From the NCBI GenBank assembly GCA_032718475.1, contig JAUCBJ010008224.1, positions 16,448 through 80,447 on the forward strand: a stretch of 64,000 nt of DNA. The letters run 5' to 3'. The notes under the pieces were generated by a model, which saw only the letters and a program-made list of their open reading frames with translations, had not been told where the DNA came from and searched no databases. How positions within the stretch are numbered: the first letter of the stretch is position 1; each line of letters starts with the position of its first letter. Source of the DNA: Nemertoderma westbladi (Eukaryota; Animalia; Xenacoelomorpha). The translations under genes and the position numbers were made by a program. Shown here piece after piece: positions 10,817 through 22,100 of this stretch.

Positions 10817-13693
10817 GGGTGCATGTAAAGAGCGGACTGCGGACTGGCGGACTACGAACTGCACTGCGGATTGCCAAAATCCGCGCGGTCAATTTGAATT
10901 ATCGACTTCTAAACTAAGAATCCGCTCTTTGTTGTCTGGACAAATGGCGGACTGAAGCCGGTAAATTGTGACCTGATTGTCTCAATAATTTACATAGGCT
11001 GAAAAGGAACTTAAAGAATGAATCATCCCATTGGCTTTTAAATTTTTACTATTGTGCAACTCTGTCAGACTGTAATACAGGAAATAATTATCCTATACAG
11101 TCTGACAGTACAGCAGTAATTACGTGGACTGTTGATTAAGGGCCTACGCCTAATACTGTACTATATAACTGTAAAATCCATAATCAGCATTCTACGGATT
11201 TTCAGATTATTTATTTCTGTATTTCAATAAATATATTTATATACTTCAGATTTATATACTTCTTTATACACTTCCTGCCTTTAGAGTTTATGTCACAGTT
11301 ATTTCTGTATTTAGGATCCAAAAAGGGCTGCACCTAAAGTTTGTATCTGTAGTAAGCATCACTCCATTTTGTGAGAGTCACATCACTCCAATTACATGAG
11401 CAATAAAATCGGAAAACATAACAATAACTGTCCCCCTGTTTGGATCTTTACAAACCCATTTGACATACCAGTACCGATCATTTGAGCCTTCATCAGTCAT
11501 AAAAGGGTTGGCTACTTCATGAAAATTACCTTTGTCAATTATATTCTCTTTCTGTCTTTGGAACGTTTTTGGCAATAAATGGCCTGTCGTCCACCCTTAC
11601 AGCCTGAGACTGTGGAAGGGCAGAAACTTCCTTAGCCACAGCTCAGATTCTGAAAGTAATTTTAGTGTTTTCGGATTAGTACGATAATAAGGAACTTTGT
11701 TATTATGTTTGCTATTTCCGTGTGAAAGATTAGTGGAGAATGAAAGATTAGAACTGAACGTTACACCAAGATCCTTTTCTTCATTGATAGATTCTAGAAT
11801 GGATTCATTCATGGAATAAGATGACTGCGGATTCTTACGTCCAAGATGAACAACTTTACACTTAGCTGGGTTGCTGGGTTGAACTGAAGATGCCAACGAT
11901 TTTCCCAATCAGCAAGTGAGTCTAAGTCAGCCTGGAGACAATCAATATCAGCAGAAATGTGGAGTGCCCTATAAATTTTGGTGTCATCAACAAACACCTT
12001 GCAAGTGGATGATACAACATCAGGAATGTCATTCACAAATATTAGGAACAAAATAGGGGCAGTCACCGTTCCTTGGGGGACACCACTGGAGACCATATGT
12101 ACGGGAACTACATAGTACACCATTTATACGTACACACTGGGAACGATTAGAGAGGAAATTGCTGATCCATTGTGCCACACTACCTTGGATTCCATATGCG
12201 TTCAACTTTTGGAGAAGCAGCTTGTGGTATACAGTATCAAAGGCACGACGCAAATCGAGATATACTACATCGGCTCCAGAGTTGGGTAACTGTGTGGAAC
12301 GGCGGGACCTTTCTCCATGTTCTGAGTCGGTGAATAGGTTGTTTGATTCGAAATGGTTTACCAAAGCATCTCTTCCAAACTTCTCACAAACTTTCGCCAA
12401 GATGCATGTGAGGGAGATAGACAGTAGTTTTCCGGATTGTGTCTAGGCAGTTTCTTAAGTGGAGGATTAATAATGGCAACATGCCAATCATCAGGCACCT
12501 CACCCGTTTCAAAGGACATCCTAAATATACTATGACATGGAACAGCAATCACAGCTGCCAGTTCTTTAAGAACCCTACTATGGAGAAGATCTGGGCCAGC
12601 CGACATAGTAGGATTTAGATCACTCAGGGAGTCCAGTACATCATCAACAGAAAAATGAATATGTTCCAAAGGTTGGAGGTTTGTAGTAATATTTGAGATG
12701 TTAGGTCTGTAGTCACATGGAATATTCTGATATTGTTGTCATCGGTGAATACATTGGAAAATGTAGCCTATTACTGAATATTTCCGCCATACCAGTTTCT
12801 GAACTCACGGATTCACCCTCACTACGCAACGGGCCTACTGGACATCTGGTTTTCCTCTTAGAGTGTGGTTTCATTACAAAGTCAATTTTATTTGGGATCT
12901 CCCCACGCCAACGATAAGTTATGAATACGAATACACGTTCCGGATCATTCGGATCATATATATCGGATCATTCTTATTTGTCGAGTAAGTATGCCTAAAA
13001 TTCCGTCATTATCCAATAATTTCGAAATATGAGACTCTGTACATCGGTACACGCCCATTGCATCAATAGAATAATTTTCCACATTTTCTTTTCCTACTTC
13101 ATTGGAATCCTAAACAAACGTACAGTTACATAAAACTGTCTCAATCTGGCGTTTAGCCGTAAAATCACACCTTTATCATCTGCTTTACTAAGTCAACATA
13201 CTCTTCCCTCGCGATACTAGGACGACAAGGTACTTCATTACCTAGAGTGTGACCTATAGCGGTGTTATTATTGTGACAAGACAACAACGAAACTCTAAGT
13301 TGCCCAGTGAGAGGACCATCTCCTGTCCCTGTACTACAGGGGTTGTTAACTTCACGATTGTTATCACCTGCCGGTAATGGTAGTTCAGGGTCGGGATCAT
13401 TTAAGACAGTAAAATTTACAGTATAATTATACTGTAGTAATGTTGGAATATTGTTTCCATCTCTAGTGTCACAATGAAAACATTTAAGCCAATAAGAGGA
13501 TTCAGGAAAGTTCCCTTTGGGCCTATGTAAATGATTGAGCCAATCAGGTTACATTTCTGGCTTCAGTCCGCGGTTTGACCAGACAACAAAAGAGCGGATT
13601 CTTACATTATAATGCTATAATTCAAATTGACCGCGCATATTTGGGCTTTTAATTGACAATCCGAAGTCCGCAGTCCGCTCTTTACATGCACCC
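10817..13693 (-). mobile_element. Mutator-like (MULE) DNA transposon, decayed, ~250-bp TIRs, 9-bp TSD
   Basis: Ends are GGGTGCATGTAAAGAGCGGACTGCGGACT (10817) and AGTCCGCAGTCCGCTCTTTACATGCACCC (13693), with further inverted matches (CGCGGTCAATTTGAATTAT, AAGAATCCGCTCTTT). GTATTTATA flanks both sides (10808-10816, 13694-13702). The minus-strand remnant GVMLTTDTNFRCSPFWILNT (~11300-11370) resembles the first-Asp region of MULE transposases. Confidence 0.8.
11720..12900 (-). mobile_element. CR1-like LINE reverse transcriptase fragment (frameshifted) nested in the MULE
   Basis: SAGPDLLHSRVLKELA, DVVYLDLRRAFDTVYHKLLLQKL, SGVPQGTVTAPILFLIFVNDI, VFVDDTKIYR, LQADLDSLADW..RWHLQFNP and KCKVVHLG...EKDLGV are CR1-clade RT motifs, spread over several frames. 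Confidence 0.9.
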
Positions 13694-13827
13694 GTATTTA
13701 TACTGTTACGTAACCTGACAGCCTCACTGTCTGCCCTGCCTTGAGTTCTTCAGTACTTTACGTGGCTTGTGGGATGTTCTGATGTTTGGTTTATTGTTTT
13801 GGTTAGGCTGTTCGGGTTAGTTGGTCA

Positions 13828-14035
13828 GGCCTCAACCATAATTATAACTGCAGAACTGTCATGTAACCCTACCGGTAACACTAAGTCATAATCTAAGAAA
13901 TTTGATATTTAGCGGAATTTCTGGTTCTGACATTATTGCCATCTAGGCTTAATGGCAATAATGAATAATGTCCGAAATTATGACTTAGGCACTTAGGGTT
14001 AGGGTTACATGACAGTTTTAATTAGTGTTGAGGCC
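13828..14035. mobile_element. Small palindromic MITE-like element (~208 bp) containing TTAGGG units
   Basis: Nested inverted matches: GGCCTCAAC/GTTGAGGCC, AACTGTCATGTAACCCT/AGGGTTACATGACAGTT, CTAAGTCATAAT/ATTATGACTTAG, CATTATTGCCAT/ATGGCAATAATG. No clear TSD. Confidence 0.65.
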
Positions 14036-14177
14036 ACCACTACCGGTACTGTAACCAGCGAGTTTCTTACAGTATAAAAATCCTCTTAATCCCCTGAACC
14101 CGATTATTACCATATAATTTCTGGCTTAGGCCCTACCTCAGTAGGCCTACTTGCAATACTTTCTGGTAAACACCAAT

Positions 14178-14325
14178 ATGGCTAAAGCTCTTGGAGGAAC
14201 CGGTCTTGCGATACTTTTACGCGGATTATATTCTTCGCAACAGCAACACCAATCGCATTTCAAGGATAAACAGAAGGAACCTGTTCCTGACATCGGTGCA
14301 ACTTTACATTCTATTGAGAAAACAG
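14178..14325 (+). CDS. Candidate first coding exon of a small host gene (pairs with 18123-18454)
   Basis: ATG at 14178, open frame MAKALGGTGLAILLRGLYSSQQQHQSHFKDKQKEPVPDIGATLHSIEKT, then donor CAG|GTAGGG at 14325 in phase 1. Confidence 0.4.
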
Positions 14326-14548
14326 GTAGGGCTATGGCTGTAGTGTAGGTCCTATGGCAAAGTAAAGTATTGGTAGAGGCACATGTACAGAGGTATGAGG
14401 TACAGCGGTGTGAGGCCGAGGTGGGCAGGGGAATTCAGCTGCCACCTGCCAGTGCCACGTACCGGAGACAGAGACAGTGCTGCAGTGAATTAATCGATTA
14501 ATGATAATGGACGGCACTCTTGTTTTGCTGACCACTGTGGGCTTTATC

Positions 14549-16802
14549 CAAGGTGTACTATATGGTGTATATACAAGGCCATGCCATCGAGTTAACTGAG
14601 GGCGGTGACTGGGGGGCAAGATTTTCTTAAGTTTTATAACAGAGATTTCATTCTGTTATTACAATTTATGATTAAAATACGCTTTGGTATGACTGTATTA
14701 GTAATTATTGCAAGTAATGCCTCTTGTTAGTTTTCAATTATGGGATAATTTACCATTCAGACTGTCATTTTATAAATTACTGTACTGCTGTGTACTGAAA
14801 TGACAATCCCATGGATGTACTACAGTCAAAAGTGAATAAGCCTACCCAAAAATCAGCAATTCTGTAATCGTTGTAATCGTAGCGTTTGTATTCATGAGTT
14901 TCTCTATCTTTTAATAATAATATTATTTAAAATGGGGAAAAAGTGCGCTATACCGAAATGCCAAGGAAACTATTATGGGGCCTTATTATGGGGCTATTAG
15001 TGGACCGGACCGGATCGGACAGTTGGTGAGGTGGAGAGTACTCGGTGTTGAGTGTTCCGTACAGCCGTATTCCAGTATTCCACCTACCACCGGTGCGTTA
15101 AAATCTCGAGAAGTATAATTCACGCCAACTACAGATACTGTTATTTTATTAAACATTGGCCGGATGACGTCGCGATTGTAATGGTCCTCCGGGGTAAACC
15201 TCGACCAGCTGTACCGCCATCAGTTTGGTCATTCCCTGTGGGCGTCCTCCCACTGTCCCAACACTGGAACCGCCGCCTCGACCAACCAGTGGATCGAGTG
15301 CTGAGGAGAAGAGATCTCTCACTATAGATCCTTTTGTTGCCTTCTCAGTCTCAGTTCAGGATTCTCTCGGCACTCGGTTCAGTCGAGGAACTCATAAAAG
15401 CAGGTCAAAAATTGTTGGATGTTATTTACAGAGTAGCCTATTCGTTATCCAGTGATACACCTCATCGAATCCACTCTGCCTCTTAATATACAATATTCGA
15501 ACCTCATACCTTTGTTTATAATTTCTGTTCACCCTTATTTTACCTTTAAAACCAACTCAAATGGAGTTGAGGTTAGAATTCTCAGTTTATCTAAGAACTG
15601 AGACTTCATTCGCAATTGTTTTTATATAATTTAATTATAACAATTTTATTTGATAAATATGAAGTTGCGATTGAGAAATATAATAAAATAATTGAAGAAC
15701 ATCTAAGAACTGAAGAATAGAGTTTTCAAACACAACAAGAAACATCTTTTGGATGAAGCCGTTGGTCAGTTAACTACACTTAATAAAACACCTGGACATA
15801 AAATAATAATGCGAAACATGGGGCTCTTGGGATGTCGCCAATTTGGAGAGAAAAAGTATTCGAACGATGACATTATCAGAGCCTTTCGATATTATGATGT
15901 CTTAATGATGATTAACGATGATGTCTTAATTTCCTTGTCGTTTAATTCCCTGGAACCCAAACGTCGCAATAGTATGATTTTAACCGATGACAAAAGTTAA
16001 AAGGCAATAAGTCCGCGCCCAGAGAGATTGTGATATGGGGGCGGGGCGGGGGGGGGGGGGGGGGGTCACACACCTAATTTTCAGGTTTATACGTTTAATT
16101 TTCAGGATTGCTACATAATCTATTTAATTAATAAAGAGCCCTTATCAGGGCCATTGATGTGTTTTCACGCTGGGGAATATTGGGTCGGCAATCATAATAT
16201 TTAATAAAGTAATAATATAAAGTTCTTGATAATAAAATAAAATAAGCCTATTGTAAAAGTATCAGACTGCGCTAATTCTCACCTAATCTCGGCTACACGG
16301 CCTCTATTAAAGGTCGACTTGTCTATTACCCATTTAGTGGAACATTATTTAATTTTACAATACAATAGGCTTATTAACACAACAATATTGGATATATTTC
16401 ATAGTCTTATAAAGAACTCAGTTGTAATATAAAGTGATCTGTTGCTACTTAGAGTAGAGTTTTACATATATTTCATATGAAAACTAACGTGGTGAAGTAA
16501 ATACGATGATAAAATTAATGCTGCATTTCATAATTGAAAGTAATAATACTTAATATTTGGCAATATTTATTGAACACAATAAACTAAAGGCATAGCGGTC
16601 CATTATCATAATATTATCATAATTTAAAAATTAACATAAGATACATTACTTACAATTACTAATACAGTCATACCAAAGCGTATTTTAATCATAAATTGTA
16701 ATAACAGAATGAAATCTCTGTTATACAGCTTAAGAAAATCTTGCCCCCCAGTCACCGCCCTCAGTTAACTCGATGGCTTGGCCTTGTATATAGTACGCCT
16801 TG
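14549..16802 (+). mobile_element. Non-autonomous P-superfamily element with ~160-bp TIRs, 8-bp TSD and THAP-domain remnant
   Basis: 14549-~14707 is the reverse complement of ~16653-16802 (CA...TG ends). Flanks are GCTTTATC (14541-14548) and GCTCTATC (16803-16810). Inside are MGKKCAIPKCQGNY (ATG 14932) and IKHWPDD..RGKPRPAVPPSVW, the two ends of a THAP C2CH finger, then KKYSNDDIIRAFRYY. No catalytic core is visible. Confidence 0.85.
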
Positions 16803-16910
16803 GCTCTATCACAATCACACTACAGGTGCCACTTTATAAATAGAAAACATGCGGTCTGACTGTACGGCGTTATTTTACTTGGCTGTCTTTGGTCTTGGTG
16901 TGCTTGAGGT

Positions 16911-17432
16911 TATATTTCCTTCTTTTTTTGCATAATTTATGGACGTCCCGAAATGAATTTATTGATGTCCCAAAATGAATTTAGGGACGTCCATTAATTA
17001 GTCATTAATTACTATTCTGATTGTTTGATAGTTAAAACATCTTTCAGTTTGCGTGTTTAGCTGTTTAGTGTTAATTTTTACTCTAACTACGGTGAACTTT
17101 TGGTAACCATCAAGGGTCTGTTTTTCGTTTCACCATCTCTAGGTCATATTGAAAACTATAAAAGCTTTTCACTAGAGAATAGTTTGGTCCATAGTCTGAC
17201 TTCGATGTGTGACTCTTAAGTTTACATTGCTGTAGTGCTATAATAAAAGGGTCTTTGTTGCTATGCGATGCTACTAGCCAAAGCAGTACTGCTATAGCCA
17301 CCTATACACCACCCGTGCATTGAGATCCCGTACATGGCTTTAATTTATCCCCTTCCAGTAACCGGTAATGGATGACTAATTTATGGACCGGACGTCCATA
17401 AATTATGCAAGAGAAAAAATACAGAGATATAA
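16911..17432. mobile_element. MITE-like element with ~21-bp core inverted repeats and 22-bp subterminal repeats
   Basis: TTGCATAATTTATGGACGTCC (16928-16948) matches GGACGTCCATAAATTATGCAA (17390-17410). Three AATTTA.GGACGTCC-like units lie at the left end. Exact termini are uncertain. Confidence 0.55.
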
Positions 17433-18122
17433 TTATGGCAGAATTCTGCCACATTATATAAACTTTAATTTAACTTTAAGTACCGGTAGCCACTTAAAGT
17501 TATGGTTCTTATATGTATATGCAACCAGCCCCTGGTCACATTTGCTATTCCAGTAAAATTCCAGTTGCTATTTCTGTGAAAAAAGTTACTTTTATCATTA
17601 CTGGTCACATGTACTTACAGTCTACCAATGGACCTAATCTTTCGCACCCTAGCGGTCGACATGGACTATAGAAATCTGTCTGTGTGAATAATTTCTAAAC
17701 TTTTTATATACTACATGTGTATCAAGTTTGGTTTAATTTCATCAAAGATTGACCGCTTTATTAGCTTCAAATATTTACAACGACGACGACAGAACGGGTC
17801 CACTAATTATTCCCATACGCTAAGGCTCACCTGGGTGTTTTTTTTTATTTAACATTTATTATCAAAATGAGAGGGCATTTGGGAAACAAGCAGAAGATTA
17901 TGAGAGCCCTCTCATATGTTCTTACGTTTAAGTGATAGGTTGCGGGTTGTCATTTTTCTTGTATGTAATTTTGTTACGTTACGCCCTATATCTATCTACA
18001 CTGCACGCTGCTTAATTGTACGTTTTCTTTCTCACGAGATGCATTATTAAAATTGCACCTATTTATCGGTAAGGGGCATAACTCATTCCGTGTCTTTAAA
18101 TCCAATCTTTTGTTATTAATAG

Positions 18123-18454
18123 ATTATGCAGATTTTATGCGAAGTAGAACAGTGTCAACTTCCCCACAATCCATTTACCAACCCGGACACATCCATAGAG
18201 ACAAACCGATAACCAACGCAGTTCGCAGTTACTACGGAAGTTCCGTGAAAAATACAAAAACTGTTGAATCACAACGCAGATCTCCCTTCCACAATGTCGA
18301 CACGCAGTTTGCGTTAGACGAAGATATCGGATCATCAGCGGAAGGTGATAATTACTTGTCGTCACCAGACTTTAAAGCCGACATTAATAAGATCGCTTCG
18401 GGGACACAGATATTGGATACCACATACACATATAAATACTCATCTTCTTTGTAG
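18123..18454 (+). CDS. Candidate terminal coding exon of a small host gene
   Basis: Acceptor TCTTTTGTTATTAATAG| at 18122 is in phase 1, compatible with the donor at 14325. The frame is open for 110 codons to TAG 18454, followed by a T-rich 3' UTR with AATAAA at 18525-18530. No recognisable domain. Confidence 0.45.
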
Positions 18455-19127
18455 AAGATTTTTATTGTAACTATTTTTGTCTATTTTTATACTTTATGTT
18501 GTTAACTTAACTTTTCTTTGTGTAAATAAATACAAACATTTACTTTTTATGTAATGTATCGTTTATATTATTATTATTAATTATTAAAAGGACATTTCGA
18601 TTGATTAATATTTGTCTAATTAAACTTTATTTTGGTTCAAGTGGATCATCATCCAATTATATCAGTTTCTGGAAATTAAGGATATTTATTATAACTTAAT
18701 ATACTATTGTATTTTATATACATTATTTTACTAGAATTTTACCAGCAAGCTAGCTTTAAACGAACCTGCCCCTCAAACAAGTACCCTGAGTGAACGAAAA
18801 TGAAAACACGATAATTGCCATCAATTCAACGATAGAAACACCAGCTGCTGGTATTCATGAGGGCCTAGTAAGCTACTACTATTGATTGAATGGATAGCCC
18901 AAACTGCAGAGAAGTATATTACTTGCCAAATTTATTACTATCTCACTCTAACCCAGACAGTAATCAAATATCAACTGTTATTTTGTATAATGTACTGTAT
19001 TACCCCATAAGCTGAATAGCTCTTCCCAGTGAATTGAATCCTATGGGAATATTGCTAACATTCTAGCTAACATTCTGTGGATTAAATCTAAGATTAAGTT
19101 CAGTGGACCTGCGAATCTTATTACACA

Positions 19128-22100
19128 TTGCCACGTTCTACCTACCCAACCACTCCAAGTTGGCACGTTCTACCACACAGCAACCTACCCAACCACTCCA
19201 AATTGGCACGTTCTACCACACAGCAACCTACCCAACCACTCCAAGTTGGCACGTTCTACCACACAGCAACCTACCCAACCACTCCTAGTTGGCACGTTCT
19301 ACCACACAGCAACCTACCCAACCACTCCTAGTTGGCACGTTCTACCACACAGCAACCTACCCAACCACTCCAAGTTGGCACGTTCTACCACACAGCAACC
19401 TACCCAACCACTCCAAGTTGGCACGTTCTACCACACAGCAACCTACCCAACCACTCCAAGTTGACACGTTCTACCACACAGCAACCTACCCAACCACTCC
19501 AAGTTGGCACGTTCTACCACACAGCAACCTACCCAACCACTCCAAGTTGGCACGTTCTACCACACAGCAACCTACCCAACCACTCCTAGTTGGCACGTTC
19601 TACCACACAGCAACCTACCCAACCACTCCAAGTTGGCACGTTCTACCACACAGCAACCTACCCAACCACTCCAAGTTGGCACGTTCTACCACACAGCAAC
19701 CTACCCAACCACTCCAAGTTGGCACGTTCTACCACACAGCAACCTACCCAACCACTCCAAGTTGACACGTTCTACCACACAGCAACCTACCCAACCACTC
19801 CAAGTTGACACGTTCTACCACACAGCAACCTACCCAACCACTCCAAGTTGACACGTTCTACCACACAGCAACCTACCCAACCACTCCAAGTTGGCACGTT
19901 CTACCACACAGCAACCTACCCAACCACTCCTAGTTGCAACGTTCTACCACACAGCAACCTACCCAACCACTCCTAGTTGCAACGTTCTACCACACAGCAA
20001 CCTACCCAACCACTCCAAGTTGGCACGTTCTACCACACAGCAACCTACCCAACCACTCCAAGTTGGCACGTTCTACCACACAGCAACCTACCCAACCACT
20101 CCAAGTTGACACGTTCTACCACACAGCAACCTACCCAACCACTCCAAGTTGGCACGTTCTACCACACAGCAACCTACCCAACCACTCCAAGTTGGCACGT
20201 TCTACCACACAGCAACCTACCCAACCACTCCTAGTTGCAACGTTCTAACCACCACGCAGCAACCTACCCAACCACTCCAAGTTGGCACGTTCTAACCACC
20301 ACGCAGCAACCTACCCAACCACTCCAAGTTGGCACGTTCTACCACACAGCAACCTACCCAACCACTCCTAGTTGCAACGTTCTAACCACCACGCAGCAAC
20401 CTACCCAACCACTCCAAGTTGGCACGTTCTAACCACCACGCAGCAACCTACCCAACCACTCCAAGTTGGCACGTTCTACCACACAGCAACCTACCCAACC
20501 ACTCCAAGTTGGCACGTTCTACCACACAGCAACCTACCCAACCACTCCAAGTTGACACGTTCTAACCACCACGCAGCAACCTACCCAACCACTCCAAGTT
20601 GGCACGTTCTACCACACAGCAACCTACCCAACCACTCCAAGTTGGCACGTTCTACCACACAGCAACCTACCCAACCACTCCTAGTTGGCACGTTCTACCA
20701 CACAGCAACCTACCCAACCACTCCAAGTTGGCACGTTCTAACCACCACGCAGCAACCTACCCAACCACTCCAAGTTGGCACGTTCTAACCACCACCAGCA
20801 ACCTACCCAACCACTCCAAGTTGGCACGTTCTAACCACCACGCAGCAACCTACCCAACCACTCCAAGTTGGCACGTTCTACCACACAGCAACCTACCCAA
20901 CCACTCCTAGTTGGCACGTTCTACCACACAGCAACCTACCCAACCACTCCAAGTTGACACGTTCTAACCACCACGCAGCAACCTACCCAACCACTCCAAG
21001 TTGGCACGTTCTACCACACAGCAACCTACACAACCACTCCTAGTTGGCACGTTCTACCACGCAGCAACCTACCCAACCACTCCAAGTTGCACGTTCTAAC
21101 CACCACGCAGCAACCTACCCAACCACTCCTAGTTGGCACGTTCTAACCACCACGCAGCAACCTACCCAACCACTCCAAGTTGGCACGTTCTACCACACAG
21201 CAACCTACCCAACCACTCCTAGTTGCAACGTTCTAACCACCACGCAGCAACCTACCCAACCACTCCAAGTTGGCACGTTCTACCACACAGCAACCTACCC
21301 AACCACTCCTAGTTGGCACGTTCTACCACACAGCAACCTACCCAACCACTCCAAGTTGGCACGTTCTACCACACAGCAACCTACCCAACCACTCCAAGTT
21401 GGCACGTTCTACCACACAGCAACCTACCCAACCACTCCAAGTTGGCACGTTCTACCACACAGCAACCTACCCAACCACTCCAAGTTGGCACGTTCTAACC
21501 ACCACGCAGCAACCTACCCAACCACTCCAAGTTGGCACGTTCTAACCACCACGCAGCAACCTACCCAACCACTCCAAGTTGGCACGTTCTAACCACCACG
21601 CAGCAACCTACCCAACCACTCCAAGTTGGCACGTTCTAACCACCACGCAGCAACCTACCCAACCACTCCAAGTTGGCACGTTCTACCACACAGCAACCTA
21701 CCCAACCACTCCAAGTAGGCACGTTCTACCACACAGCAACCTACCCAACCACTCCAAGTTGGCACGTTCTACCACACAGCAACCTACCCAACCACTCCTA
21801 GTTGCAACGTTCTAACCACCACGCAGCAACCTACCCAACCACTCCAAGTTGGCACGTTCTACCACACAGCAACCTACCCAACCACTCCAAGTTGGCACGT
21901 TCTACCACACAGCAACCTACCCAACCACTCCAAGTTGGCACGTTCTACCACCACGCAGCAACCTACCCAACCACTCCAAGTTGGCACGTTCTACCACACA
22001 GCAACCTACCCAACCACTCCAAGTTGGCACGTTCTAACCACCACGCAGCAACCTACCCAACCACTCCAAGTTGGCACGTTCTAACCACCACGCAGCAACC

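Noticed and set aside
14003-14017. TTAGGGTTAGGGTTA as telomeric sequence
   Set aside because: Only ~2.5 units, inside a small palindromic element.
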